This document shows, piece after piece, positions 47,686 through 57,569 of a DNA stretch of 64,000 nt (the first letter of the stretch is position 1; each line of letters begins with the position of its first letter). Made by a program: the position numbers and the translations under genes. The notes below the pieces were generated by a model that was given only the letters and a program-made list of their open reading frames with translations, was not told where the DNA came from and did no database searches. This stretch comes from Bacillota bacterium (GTDB lineage Bacteria; Bacillota; Clostridia; Christensenellales; CAG-917), in NCBI GenBank assembly GCA_023665365.1, contig JAMPEA010000007.1:4516-68515 (forward strand), given 5' to 3'.

Positions 47686-48474
47686 ATGGCTAAGTTCAAG
47701 ATAACCAAGCGCGACGTGATAGACGTCGTGAAAAAGCGTTGGTGGGTGATGCTCATCGAGCTTGGCGTACTCGCGGTCATTCTGCTTGCCGATTTGCTGA
47801 CAAAAAAGTATATCGTAGAGTTTCTTTTTACAAAGGACGGGCGTACATATCCGCTGATAAAGGGCTTCATCACGCTTGCTTATACTGAAAATACGGGGGC
47901 AGGCTTCGGCATTTTTCAAGGCAACACCGTCGCGCTGACCGTCGTAACCGCGATAGTGATTGCGGCTATACTCGTATATCTCATTCTCGCGCAAAAGGAA
48001 AATATGTGGCTTAGAGTATCCCTTCTGTTCATCGTCGGAGGAGGGATAGGTAACCTCGTTGACAGGATAGGACTCGGCTACGTGCGCGACTTTATTCAGT
48101 TTGCATTTTGGGAGGATTTTGCGATATTCAACGTCGCGGACTCGTTTGTGACGGTCGGCGTATTTATGCTCATAATAGTGCTTATCGTCATGCTCGTGTC
48201 CGAGAGGAAAAAGAGCGTCAAGGAGTTCGAGGAGGAGCAGAAAAACAAACTGCAAGAGCATTTCAGCGACCCGCTCGACGCGCCGATAGAGCTTAATCCT
48301 ATGATGAAGTCGGAAAACGAATTTACCATTGAGGCAGTTTCCGCGATCTCGCAACCCGAAAACAATGAATATGTCGCAATTCAGTTAAACGTCGAAAACA
48401 ATGCGAACTCCGACGGCAACGGCGATTTAAACGCCGATAGCGCGGACGAAAAAGACGCAGAGAGTGCAGACTGA
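47686..48474 (+). CDS. lspA: lipoprotein signal peptidase II with a ~100-aa acidic C-terminal extension
   Basis: Motifs YTENTGAGFG, GGGIGNLVDR and FNVADSFVTVG. The tail runs from about aa 165 and is E/D/N-rich. Confidence 0.85.
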   Translation: MAKFKITKRDVIDVVKKRWWVMLIELGVLAVILLADLLTKKYIVEFLFTKDGRTYPLIKGFITLAYTENTGAGFGIFQGNTVALTVVTAIVIAAILVYLILAQKENMWLRVSLLFIVGGGIGNLVDRIGLGYVRDFIQFAFWEDFAIFNVADSFVTVGVFMLIIVLIVMLVSERKKSVKEFEEEQKNKLQEHFSDPLDAPIELNPMMKSENEFTIEAVSAISQPENNEYVAIQLNVENNANSDGNGDLNADSADEKDAESAD

Positions 48475-49382
48475 TGGCGACCGTTACCGCAGACAAAATA
48501 AGGTTGGACGTATTTATCGCCAAGACTTATAACGTGTCGCGTTCGAGCGCAAAAAACTACGTCGAGGAGTTCGGCGCGACCGTGAACGGAGTATTGCGCA
48601 ATAAAAGCGGCTTGGAGTTGCGCGTCGGCGACGAGGTGGAATTTGAACCGCCAAAGCCGCGCGAGCTTGAAATAAAGGCAGAAAATATTCCTCTCGATAT
48701 TGTCTATCAAGATGAATATTTTGCGGTCGTAAACAAGCCGCAGGGAATGGTCGTTCATCAGGCTTCGTCCTATAAAAAGAGCGATACGCTCGTCAACGCG
48801 TTGCTTTATAATCTTGACAGTTTGAGTTCCATAAACGGAGTTATCCGTCCGGGCATTGTGCACAGGCTCGACAAGGATACGTCTGGACTGATAGTCGTCG
48901 CCAAAAACGACGAAGCGCACAAAAGCCTTGCGGCTCAGATAGAAAAAAAGTCCGCTCGCAGGATATATATAGGGCTTTGCGACGGCAATTTTAAAGAGGA
49001 TTGCGGCACTGTGGACGCGCCTATCGCACGCAATCCCAAGGACCGCAAAAAGATGGCAATCGTAGATGGCGGCAGACGCGCCGTCACGCATTATACGGCG
49101 CTTAAAAGATACGGGAAGTATACGCTCGTTCGCTTCGAGCTTGAAACCGGACGCACTCATCAAATACGCGTACACGCAAGCAGTCTGCATCATCCGATAG
49201 TCGGCGACGAGGTGTATGGCGGCTCGACCGCGCTATATAAAAACGGACAGCTTTTGCACGCGACGGAACTCATCTTAAATCATCCGCACACAGGCGAAAC
49301 TATGGTTTTTAATTGTCCCGTCCCAAATTATTTTCAAGCTGTGTTGGATAAGCTCGATAAAATTCAAACAAACAGCCAATGA
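48474..49382 (+). CDS. rluD: RluA-family 23S rRNA pseudouridine synthase (RluD-like)
   Basis: N-terminal S4 domain, HRLDKDTSGLIVVAKN, and GRTHQIRVH. Confidence 0.9.
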   Translation: MATVTADKIRLDVFIAKTYNVSRSSAKNYVEEFGATVNGVLRNKSGLELRVGDEVEFEPPKPRELEIKAENIPLDIVYQDEYFAVVNKPQGMVVHQASSYKKSDTLVNALLYNLDSLSSINGVIRPGIVHRLDKDTSGLIVVAKNDEAHKSLAAQIEKKSARRIYIGLCDGNFKEDCGTVDAPIARNPKDRKKMAIVDGGRRAVTHYTALKRYGKYTLVRFELETGRTHQIRVHASSLHHPIVGDEVYGGSTALYKNGQLLHATELILNHPHTGETMVFNCPVPNYFQAVLDKLDKIQTNSQ

Positions 49383-51355
49383 AAAATAAAAAGTTGAAAG
49401 TTAAAAACAAAATAAATTCACTTTTAGCTATTATGATTGTCATAGTGTTGTTTTTGCTTTTACTTAACACGGGCGGCTTACGCATAATAGTTGACTTTGT
49501 AATAATTGGTATAGATTATATTTCTCTGAAAGGAAATCCCGCAAAAATTAGCGATAACGATATTAAGGATGCCGTCAAATCCTCAGACAGAAGCGGAATT
49601 TTTGTGCTTGCGTCACAGCAGGCGTTTGATAACGTAAAATGCGAGATTGAAGCCGATGACGGCGATTGTATTGTAAAAGCCTATTTCGATTACGTTTCGC
49701 AATGCGCAGACGATTTGCTGTCGCGGGAGCCTCTGCCGTATTTAATCGAGGATGACAGATTGTTGGAGACAAGTCGTCAGATTTTAGAGCGTATTGCGAT
49801 TTTGTCATACATATATCGCATAACGGGACAGGTGCGATATGCACAGCGTGCGGTCATAGAAATGAAAAATGCTTGCTCGTATAACGACTGGCACGACAGC
49901 CACTTTCTCGACTGCGCGGAATTGTCATTTGCAATAGCGCTCGGCACAAACTGGCTGTACGATTATATAGACGAAGAAAGTCGTTTGCTATTTGCGAACA
50001 AATGTTACGAATACGCGCTTAAACGAGGGAAAGGTAAACCATTTAAAAATTGGTGGAGATGGTCGAAAACCAACTGGAACAGCGTATGTCATAGCGCGCT
50101 TGCAATCACCTCTTTGGTGTTTTATGACGATTATCCCGATACCGCTGTCTACTATTTGAAAAATGCCTATAAGAAACTGCCGTATGCTTTTGAGTCGTTT
50201 GCGCCCAACGGCGTGTATAGCGAAGGCGTAGGATATTGGGCATACGGTACAGGTTATTTAACCTATTTTTTATCCACGTCGAATAACCTTTTTGGAATGG
50301 ACTTCGGTTTATCTGATATGAAAGGTATGAGTAGCCTTGGAATGTTTCCCATATACCTCAGCGGTTCTTGCGGACCTTTTAACTATGGAGATAACAAAAA
50401 AGTTTCGGCTACGTCGCCGTCGTTATACTGGCTTGCGCAGAAATATGACAATCCTATTATGGCGTACTATGAAAGCCTTACGTCTGCGGAGTCGGAAATG
50501 CAAATGGGAAAGGGTTTATACGAGGTCGGAAAAGAATTTTGTATAGGCAGTCTATGGTACGATGCGGATATTGTTTCAAGAACGTCGCTCGAAAATATCG
50601 AAAAATCAATTTTATTAAAATCAGATGTCGGAGAGGATGTCGCAATAATAAGACAATCATATTTTGATAGGAACGCGACCTATTTTGCTACAAAAGGCGG
50701 ATATAATTATACAAATCACGGAGACCTTGATATAGGGAACTTTGTTTTTGACAGTAGAGGGGTGCGTTGGGCAGAAGACCTCGGACCTGATTATTACAGT
50801 AAACAAGATTATTTCGTAGGTCTTATCGGCGGTGGTCGATGGAAAAATTATATCAAAAGGGCGGAAGGTCAGAACACTCTTGTCATAAACCCCTCAAAGG
50901 TACATGAGGACCAATATCCGTTTGCGAAAGTAAGTATTTCGTCTTTCAATAAAACTTCCGACGGCGGTATAGTAAGTTTAGATATGACCGACGCATATTG
51001 TTTTTGCGGCGTATATAAAGCTATAAGAACGTTTGAAGTTTTTGATAACTATTCATCTTTGAAAATTTCCGACTCGATTGATTGTGCCAACAACTCGCTA
51101 ATATATTGGTTTATGCATACGTCTGCCGATATTGAAATCGTTGACGCACACACAGCTATACTTACAAGCGGGGATAAAAAGATGCTCGCAAAACTCGGTG
51201 ATGACAGCATAGGGAGCTTTCAAAAAATGGAAATGCAATCGGTCGTAGACGGCATAGACAATACTTCTCGCGCAGATGCGGACATAAAGAAATTAACTGT
51301 AAAAGCCGAACGTACAAATGGTGGAAAAATTGAAGTTACGCTTACTCCGCTATAA
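49379..51355 (+). CDS. heparinase II/III-like (polysaccharide-lyase-like) protein with an N-terminal signal anchor
   Basis: 658 aa. Features typical of the heparinase II/III toroid plus beta-sandwich include NWNSVCHSALAITSL, GVGYWAYGT and NHGDLDIGNF. GC is markedly lower than in neighbouring genes. Confidence 0.45.
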   Translation: MKNKKLKVKNKINSLLAIMIVIVLFLLLLNTGGLRIIVDFVIIGIDYISLKGNPAKISDNDIKDAVKSSDRSGIFVLASQQAFDNVKCEIEADDGDCIVKAYFDYVSQCADDLLSREPLPYLIEDDRLLETSRQILERIAILSYIYRITGQVRYAQRAVIEMKNACSYNDWHDSHFLDCAELSFAIALGTNWLYDYIDEESRLLFANKCYEYALKRGKGKPFKNWWRWSKTNWNSVCHSALAITSLVFYDDYPDTAVYYLKNAYKKLPYAFESFAPNGVYSEGVGYWAYGTGYLTYFLSTSNNLFGMDFGLSDMKGMSSLGMFPIYLSGSCGPFNYGDNKKVSATSPSLYWLAQKYDNPIMAYYESLTSAESEMQMGKGLYEVGKEFCIGSLWYDADIVSRTSLENIEKSILLKSDVGEDVAIIRQSYFDRNATYFATKGGYNYTNHGDLDIGNFVFDSRGVRWAEDLGPDYYSKQDYFVGLIGGGRWKNYIKRAEGQNTLVINPSKVHEDQYPFAKVSISSFNKTSDGGIVSLDMTDAYCFCGVYKAIRTFEVFDNYSSLKISDSIDCANNSLIYWFMHTSADIEIVDAHTAILTSGDKKMLAKLGDDSIGSFQKMEMQSVVDGIDNTSRADADIKKLTVKAERTNGGKIEVTLTPL

Positions 51356-51382
51356 TTTGATTATAATTAAGACATAAATATC

Positions 51383-53071
51383 TTAGTGTTTTATCAAAAA
51401 TTCTTTATGCGCGTCGGGAGCGGATAAGGCGGTTTTGTAGTTTTCATATATGACCTGTCCAAGGTGTCCGTTGGGGCGGCGCTTGACGTTGCGGCGAGCG
51501 GTGTAGTCCACGTCTGCGGACGCCTGTTTCGTACTTGCGGTGATTTCGCAGGCAATTTTTATCACCTTTTCGGGGACTTCGCGTCCATCGGTGATTATAA
51601 TCGTATGCGCGCCGTGGTCGTTTCTTAGGTGTAACCATATATCGTTCGACGACGCAAGTTTAAAGGTCAGTTCGTCGTTCTGCACGTTGTTTTTGCCGCG
51701 ATAGATATAAAAGCCGTCAACGAGATAGATATAGGGCGGCTCGGCTTGTTCTTTTCGCACCTTGCCTTTTGCGGATTTGCGCTTAACTCCGCCGAGCGCG
51801 GCAAGCTCCTCCTCGATGGGCGCGATGCTCGCGTCATAGGGCAACGAAGCGATTTCCTCCTCAATAGAGCAGACGTACAATAGCAGATTTTCGTCGTCGT
51901 CGAGTTTTTTTTCAACGAACTCCTTTGTGCGTTTTAATTTGTTGTATTTATTGTAATATGCGGCGGAGTTTTTAGACGGCGACAGTTGCGGATTGAGCGG
52001 AATTATAACAGTCGTGTTGTCGTAGTAGTTTAAACATTCGAGTTCGCAGTCTCCGCGTTTAATCTTATATATATTGTTTACGACAAGCTCGCCGTAGATG
52101 CGGAACTTCTCCATATTTTCGCATTCTTTTAAGTGTTCCTTGTCCAAGGCAATGTTTTTCTCTACGCGTGCGTGCAGTCTGCGTGCCTGCGTGGCAAGCG
52201 ATTTGAGCCTTGCGCGATTGCGCACGTCAGCGTCTATATCCGTATTTAGCGCGTCGAACGCTTCGCTCATAGTCTCGAATATGCGAACGCTGTCGGAGGG
52301 CAAACTGCGATATAGCGAAGGGTAGACCTCTCCGTTAATAATGCAGGGCTTAAAATCCTTGACTTCTCGGAAGTTTTCTATTTCGCATTCAAGCCTGCCG
52401 AGCATATCTCGATTTAGTTCGTCAAGCTGTTCGGGTACGTCCGCACGCAATAGCAATTCCGTCGCCGTTATGCCGGAAAAACCCGAGATATTGTCCAATA
52501 TGAATTTTTTAAGATTTCCGCCTTTAAAATTTTCAAAAACGCTAAAACAGTCGTTTAGATAGCTGATTTTAGGTTGTACTACTGGCGAGTAGCGCACCCC
52601 TCGCGCTACGGTATGCTCCCGCGCGGAATCGAGCGGCAAACGTTTAACTGCGTCAAGTATAGTGAGATTTTCGTCGGTGAAAACTATGTTGGAATATCTG
52701 TTCATAATCTCCACAAACAGGAAGTAGCTTGCGTCGTCGCGCATCTCCGTCTTGGCGTTGAATTTGATATAAATAATTCTGTCCGCATTGTATACGCCTA
52801 TGCTGTGAACCGTCGCGTTTATAAGATGCTTTCTAAGAAGCATACAAAGATTGGGCGCAATCATAGGGCTTTGTTTTTTGCTCGCGGTCAAGTGAAGTCG
52901 CGGTACGTTTGCGTTGCAGGAAGCCACCAAGCATACGTTTTTTCCGCCGCTGCGCATAAAAAAGCGCAACTCGTCCGCTTCGGGTTGTTGGATTTTGTCT
53001 ATTCTCGCGCCGCCGAGCGCTTCGTTAAGCTCGCTTGCAAGCGCGCCGAGTGCATATAGGTCGCTTCCCAT
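51383..53071 (-). CDS. rqcH: ribosome quality control protein RqcH (NFACT/FbpA family)
   Basis: N-terminal NFACT-N (GARIDKIQQPEADEL), a coiled-coil middle, and NFACT-R (IWLHLRNDHGAHTII). Confidence 0.85.
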   Translation of the reverse strand: MGSDLYALGALASELNEALGGARIDKIQQPEADELRFFMRSGGKNVCLVASCNANVPRLHLTASKKQSPMIAPNLCMLLRKHLINATVHSIGVYNADRIIYIKFNAKTEMRDDASYFLFVEIMNRYSNIVFTDENLTILDAVKRLPLDSAREHTVARGVRYSPVVQPKISYLNDCFSVFENFKGGNLKKFILDNISGFSGITATELLLRADVPEQLDELNRDMLGRLECEIENFREVKDFKPCIINGEVYPSLYRSLPSDSVRIFETMSEAFDALNTDIDADVRNRARLKSLATQARRLHARVEKNIALDKEHLKECENMEKFRIYGELVVNNIYKIKRGDCELECLNYYDNTTVIIPLNPQLSPSKNSAAYYNKYNKLKRTKEFVEKKLDDDENLLLYVCSIEEEIASLPYDASIAPIEEELAALGGVKRKSAKGKVRKEQAEPPYIYLVDGFYIYRGKNNVQNDELTFKLASSNDIWLHLRNDHGAHTIIITDGREVPEKVIKIACEITASTKQASADVDYTARRNVKRRPNGHLGQVIYENYKTALSAPDAHKEFLIKH

Positions 53072-53106
53072 ATCATTATCATATCAGTTAGATTGCTTTT
53101 TATCAA
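53072..53106 (-). promoter_or_regulatory. extended -10 promoter giving a leaderless rqcH mRNA
   Basis: On the minus strand: TTGATA (53101-53106), 17 nt, TGATATGAT (-10 hexamer at 53078-53083), 6 nt, ATG (53069-53071). Confidence 0.6.
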
Positions 53107-53163
53107 CGGTTTTTTAAAGGGTAAATTATCTCGATTATCGCGCAAATTAGCCCTTATTTTAAG

Positions 53164-53192
53164 TTGCTTTTTGATTTTCGATATGATATAAT
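53164..53192 (+). promoter_or_regulatory. tig promoter
   Basis: TTGCTT (53164-53169), 17 nt, TGATATAAT (hexamer at 53187-53192). Confidence 0.6.
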
Positions 53193-53257
53193 CCATATAC
53201 TTTGTAAAATTTTATATGTACGCGGGCAGTCGCTACGCGTACGGCTTTGGAGGATAT

Positions 53258-54682
53258 ATGAACTACACAGTCGAAAAGCTCGAAAAGAGCCAAGTCAAAT
53301 TCAATTATACCGCTACCGCCGAGGAGTACAACAAGGCAGTGGACACCGTCTACTCTAAGACGAAGCAAAAATATAACGTGCCCGGTTTCAGAAAGGGTCA
53401 CGCGCCAAAAAAGGTCATCGAAAATCTCTACGGTCCGGGCGTATTCCTCAGCGATGCAATCAATCAGCTCATAGACGACTCGGTTATGGAGCTTGAAAAA
53501 TCCAAGGAGTATGAGCTTGTCGCATTCGAGAGTGCCGAGGACATCGACATCAAGGACGACGGCAGTGTGGTTTATTCGCTTATTATGGTTGTCAAGCCCG
53601 AGGTCAAGCTCGGCGAATACAAAAATCTCGACGTAAAAAAGGCATCCGCCGCAGTCACGGACGAGCAAGTCGCCGAGTATATCAAGGGCGAGCAGGCAAA
53701 GCAGGCGCGTATCATCGACGCCGAGGCGGACAAGGTTGCGGAAAAAGGCAATATCGTACTGATAGATTACAGCGGTTCGGTTGACGGCGAAAAGTTCGAC
53801 GGAGGCGCAGGCGAGGATTATGAACTCGAACTCGGCAGCAATACCTTTATCCCCGGCTTCGAGGACCAACTTGTCGGAACGAGAGCGGGCGAGCAAAAGG
53901 ACGTCAAGGTCACTTTCCCCGAAAAGTATCATGCGGAAAATCTTGCAGGCAAAGAGGCCGTCTTTGCTTGCACCGTCAAGGCTGTGCGCGTAAAGGAATT
54001 GCCTGCGCTCGACGACGATTTTGCAAAAGAAGTTTCGGAGTTCGATACTTTTGCGGAATACGAAGCCGACGTCAAGTCGAATTTGCTCGATAAGGAAGTC
54101 AAAAAGGTCGAGCACGATTACGAGGACGCGCTTATCGAAAAAATCGTCGAGGGTTCTTCCGTGGAAATCCCCGAAGCTATGATTAAGCAGGAGACCGACG
54201 AGATGATACGCGATATGGAATATCGCCTCATGTATCAAGGTATGCGTATGGACGACTACCTCAAATACCTCGGCATGACCCGCGAACAGCTCGCCGACGA
54301 ATATAAGCCGCAGGCGGAAAAAACCGTCAAGGCGCGCCTCGTCATGGAGGAAATCATCAAAGCGGAAAATATCACTATCAAGGACGGCGACGTCGAATCC
54401 CGTCTTGAAAAGATGGCGGAGGAGTCCTCGCAGACGGTCGAGGAAGTCAGAAAGTCCATGCGTCAAGACGACGTAAACTATCTGATCAACTCTATCATAT
54501 CCGAAAAGCTGCTCAACACTTTAAAGGCGTACAACGGCGACAAGGAAGCCAAAAAAGCCGATAAAGCAGATAAAAAGGCGGACAAGAAGGCTGTAAAGGC
54601 AGAGAAAAAAGCAGAAAAGAAATCCGCTAAGGCAGAAGAAGCCGTCGGAACGGAGGAAACTAAACCCGCCGACGTAGAATAA
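53258..54682 (+). CDS. tig: trigger factor with a Lys/Ala/Glu-rich C-terminal tail
   Basis: Ribosome-binding motif PGFRKGHAPKKV and an FKBP-type PPIase middle. GGAGGA SD precedes ATG 53258. The tail reads KEAKKADKADKKADKKAVKAEKKAEKKSAKAEE. Confidence 0.95.
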   Translation: MNYTVEKLEKSQVKFNYTATAEEYNKAVDTVYSKTKQKYNVPGFRKGHAPKKVIENLYGPGVFLSDAINQLIDDSVMELEKSKEYELVAFESAEDIDIKDDGSVVYSLIMVVKPEVKLGEYKNLDVKKASAAVTDEQVAEYIKGEQAKQARIIDAEADKVAEKGNIVLIDYSGSVDGEKFDGGAGEDYELELGSNTFIPGFEDQLVGTRAGEQKDVKVTFPEKYHAENLAGKEAVFACTVKAVRVKELPALDDDFAKEVSEFDTFAEYEADVKSNLLDKEVKKVEHDYEDALIEKIVEGSSVEIPEAMIKQETDEMIRDMEYRLMYQGMRMDDYLKYLGMTREQLADEYKPQAEKTVKARLVMEEIIKAENITIKDGDVESRLEKMAEESSQTVEEVRKSMRQDDVNYLINSIISEKLLNTLKAYNGDKEAKKADKADKKADKKAVKAEKKAEKKSAKAEEAVGTEETKPADVE

Positions 54683-54745
54683 TATCGTTCGAATTTGTGT
54701 AAAATTAAACGTCGGCAAATTCGCGCGAATGTCATGCGGATTTGG

Positions 54746-54771
54746 TATTTGCCACCGTCGCGTGGCAAATA
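54746..54771. promoter_or_regulatory. 10-bp perfect inverted repeat upstream of clpP (candidate operator)
   Basis: TATTTGCCAC (54746-54755), 6 nt, GTGGCAAATA (54762-54771). It is preceded by the 12-bp palindrome ATTCGCGCGAAT (54719-54730). Confidence 0.35.
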
Positions 54772-54813
54772 TTGTACTAGCGCGTATCTCAACGAACGCA
54801 GGAGGAGTTTTAT

Positions 54814-55410
54814 ATGAATATAAGAAATCAGCTTATCCCTATGGTTGTGGAACAGACAGGTAGAGGCGAACGCTCATACGACATCTACTCGCGCCTTTTG
54901 GAGGACAGAATAATCTTCCTCACAGGCGAAATCGATGATACCGTTGCGGATTTGATTGTCGCGCAACTCATCTATCTCGAAGGCAAGGACTCGACAAAGG
55001 ACATAAGCCTTTACATCAACAGCCCCGGCGGGTCGGTATCCGCTGGATTTGCCATCTACGATACGATGAACTACATCAAGTGCGACGTATCTACGATTTG
55101 CATCGGCATGGCGGCTTCGATGGGCGCGTTCCTGCTTTCGTCGGGGACTAAGGGAAAGCGTTTTACTCTTCCCAACGCCAAGGTGATGATACATCAGCCT
55201 CTCGGAGGCGCGCAGGGTCAGGCGAGCGACATTGCAATTCAAGCAAGCGAAATCTTAAAGACGAAAAAACGCCTTAACGAAATCCTTGCAGAAAATACTT
55301 CGCAACCTTTGTCCAAAATCGAAGTCGATACAGACAGAGATTTCTATATGACCGCAGAGGAAGCTGAAAAATATGGACTTGTAGATAAAATTTTCTATTC
55401 GAGAAAATAA
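54814..55410 (+). CDS. clpP: ATP-dependent Clp protease proteolytic subunit
   Basis: [11 protein letters not shown] (Ser), MIHQPLGG (His) and [10 protein letters not shown] (Asp). Confidence 0.97.
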   Translation: MNIRNQLIPMVVEQTGRGERSYDIYSRLLEDRIIFLTGEIDDTVADLIVAQLIYLEGKDSTKDISLYINSPGGSVSAGFAIYDTMNYIKCDVSTICIGMAASMGAFLLSSGTKGKRFTLPNAKVMIHQPLGGAQGQASDIAIQASEILKTKKRLNEILAENTSQPLSKIEVDTDRDFYMTAEEAEKYGLVDKIFYSRK

Positions 55411-55470
55411 GCGCACTTGCCTCTAATAAATCGTAAAATATGCGATTTTAGGTTATCTATCGAGGTTTTT

Positions 55471-56760
55471 ATGGATAATGATAAGTATCAAAAAGAACAG
55501 ATTTGCAGTTTTTGCCATAGACCCGAGCACGAGGTCAAACAAATCGTGAGCGGTCCGGACGGCATCACAATCTGCAACGATTGCGTCGAGCGCTGTATTG
55601 ATATAATGAATATCAAAGAGAACAAGGTTTCCGGAGATATAAAACTTTTGCCTCCGCAGGAAATCAAGGATAAACTCGACGAGTATATTGTCGGACAGGA
55701 CAGCGCAAAGCGCGTGCTTTCGGTTGCGGTGTACAATCACTTCAAGCGTATTCTGCAAGGCAAGGAAGAGGATAAGGACGTTGTAATCGAAAAGAGCAAC
55801 GTACTTTTGCTGGGACCTACCGGCTCAGGAAAGACATTGCTTGCAAAAACCCTTGCGCAAATACTCAACGTGCCGTTTGCCATCGCCGACGCTACTACGC
55901 TCACCGAGGCGGGCTACGTCGGAGAGGACGTAGAAAATATTTTGCTTAAACTCATACAGTCTGCCGATAACGACATAAAGCGCGCGCAGACGGGCATCGT
56001 TTATATCGACGAGATTGATAAAATCGCCAAGAAAGGCGAAAACGTGTCGATAACGCGCGACGTAAGCGGCGAGGGCGTACAACAAGCGCTGCTTAAAATC
56101 ATCGAAGGTACGATTGCCAGCGTGCCGCCGCAGGGAGGAAGAAAGCATCCAAATCAAGAATGTTATCAACTCGACACGACAAATATTCTGTTTATATGCG
56201 GGGGAGCCTTCGTTGACCTCGACAAAATAGTGGACAGCAGAAAGGATAACTCCAAACTCGGTTTCGGTTCTGCCGTGAAAGATACGATAGATTATCGCTA
56301 TGACGAGCTTATTAAGGACTTGCAACCGTCCGACCTTGTGAAATACGGCTTAATACCAGAGTTTGTAGGGCGCGTGCCTATTGTGGTCGGACTTAACGCA
56401 CTTGACGAAACCGCGCTTATCAAAATTTTGACAGAACCCAAAAATGCGCTCGTGAAGCAATATAAGAAGCAGTTCGAGTTTGACGGCGTCGGGCTTGAAT
56501 TTGAGGACGACGCGCTCCGCGCGGTAGCCTCAAAGGCTATCGAGCTCAAAACGGGCGCGAGAGGCTTGCGCGCGATTATGGAGGACGCTTTGCTCGACCT
56601 TATGTACGAAATTCCGTCGGATAAGAGTATCAACGAAGTCATCGTCACTAAGGATTCTATCGAAAAGCGTCAAGCTCCGATTGTGCTAAGAGGATTGCGA
56701 CAGAATAACGACGACTCTGCGCAGGCATTCGACGCAGAGGGCGAAAAAGTCCCTTGCTGA
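55471..56760 (+). CDS. clpX: ATP-dependent Clp protease ATP-binding subunit ClpX
   Basis: Zinc finger CSFCHRPE...CNDC, Walker [22 protein letters not shown], and the IGF-loop region LGFGS. Confidence 0.97.
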   Translation: MDNDKYQKEQICSFCHRPEHEVKQIVSGPDGITICNDCVERCIDIMNIKENKVSGDIKLLPPQEIKDKLDEYIVGQDSAKRVLSVAVYNHFKRILQGKEEDKDVVIEKSNVLLLGPTGSGKTLLAKTLAQILNVPFAIADATTLTEAGYVGEDVENILLKLIQSADNDIKRAQTGIVYIDEIDKIAKKGENVSITRDVSGEGVQQALLKIIEGTIASVPPQGGRKHPNQECYQLDTTNILFICGGAFVDLDKIVDSRKDNSKLGFGSAVKDTIDYRYDELIKDLQPSDLVKYGLIPEFVGRVPIVVGLNALDETALIKILTEPKNALVKQYKKQFEFDGVGLEFEDDALRAVASKAIELKTGARGLRAIMEDALLDLMYEIPSDKSINEVIVTKDSIEKRQAPIVLRGLRQNNDDSAQAFDAEGEKVPC

Positions 56761-56773
56761 TTGCTCAAAATTG

Positions 56774-56802
56774 CGGCGCGTAAGTTACGCGCCGTTTATT
56801 TT
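56774..56802 (+). terminator. intrinsic terminator after clpX
   Basis: CGGCGCGTAAGTTACGCGCCG palindrome followed by TTTATTTT. Confidence 0.8.
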
Positions 56803-56876
56803 AGCCCGCTAAGCCGATAAAATACGGATTGCAAATATATAAATCAATATTACTTAACGAAAAGGAGGACGTACAA

Positions 56877-57476
56877 ATGATTAAACAGGCAAAATTCGTT
56901 ATATCCGTTGCGGACGCGGACAAAATTCCTAATTACGGCGCGCCCGAAATTGCCATTGCGGGGAAATCTAACGTAGGAAAATCGTCGTTTATAAATTTTA
57001 TGACCAATCAAAACAAACTTGCAAAGACTTCGTCCGAGCCGGGGAGAACGCGACTTCTAAATTTTTTTGAAATAAATAATGGCGAATATTACTTTGTGGA
57101 TTTGCCCGGATACGGATATGCGCGCGTAAATAAAGCCGAAAAGCAAAAGTGGGGCGGGCTTATCGAAAGCTATTTGCAAAGCAGTCCTAATCTTATAAAC
57201 GTCTTTATGTTGGTGGACGTTCGACATGAACCGAGCGAGGATGATAAGATAATGGTTAAGTATCTTTATCAAACGGGAACGCCTTTTACGCTTATCGCAA
57301 CCAAAGCGGACAAGCTGTCGCGCGCGCAACAAACTAAGGCAAGACAGGCTATCGCAAATTCGTTCGGAGTGGGTTGCAAGGACGTTATTTTGACTTCGGC
57401 AACCGCAAAAACTGGAAGAGAGGAAGTGCTTGCGAGGATTGACGCTTTGCTTGAAAATACCGTAAAACCCGAATAA
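56877..57476 (+). CDS. engB: ribosome biogenesis GTP-binding protein YsxC/EngB
   Basis: Motifs EIAIAGKSNVGKSSFIN, DLPGYGYA and TKADKL. AAGGAGGA SD precedes ATG 56877. Confidence 0.9.
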   Translation: MIKQAKFVISVADADKIPNYGAPEIAIAGKSNVGKSSFINFMTNQNKLAKTSSEPGRTRLLNFFEINNGEYYFVDLPGYGYARVNKAEKQKWGGLIESYLQSSPNLINVFMLVDVRHEPSEDDKIMVKYLYQTGTPFTLIATKADKLSRAQQTKARQAIANSFGVGCKDVILTSATAKTGREEVLARIDALLENTVKPE

Positions 57477-57499
57477 TTACAAATATTTTCTTATAAAAA

Positions 57500-57557
57500 T
57501 GTCGAAACTATTCTAATTTACATTAAATTTTGTAATAGTTTCGGCATTTTTGTTTTT
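57500..57557. terminator. bidirectional terminator
   Basis: CGAAACTATT (57503-57512) pairs with AATAGTTTCG (57534-57543), followed by TTTTTGTTTTT. Confidence 0.7.
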
Positions 57558-57569
57558 AAGAGCTGCAAA

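Noticed and set aside
54530-54680. A purine-rich periodic DNA repeat, considered as a possible tandem repeat or CRISPR-like array.
   Set aside because: It is in frame within tig and encodes the K/A/E-rich tail. There is no repeat-spacer structure and there are no cas genes.
54762-54776. A sigma-54-like promoter element, TGGCAAATATTGTA, upstream of clpP.
   Set aside because: The -12 element reads TTGT instead of the near-invariant TTGC, and the -24 element is TGGCAA. It also forms half of a perfect palindrome, which explains the sequence better.
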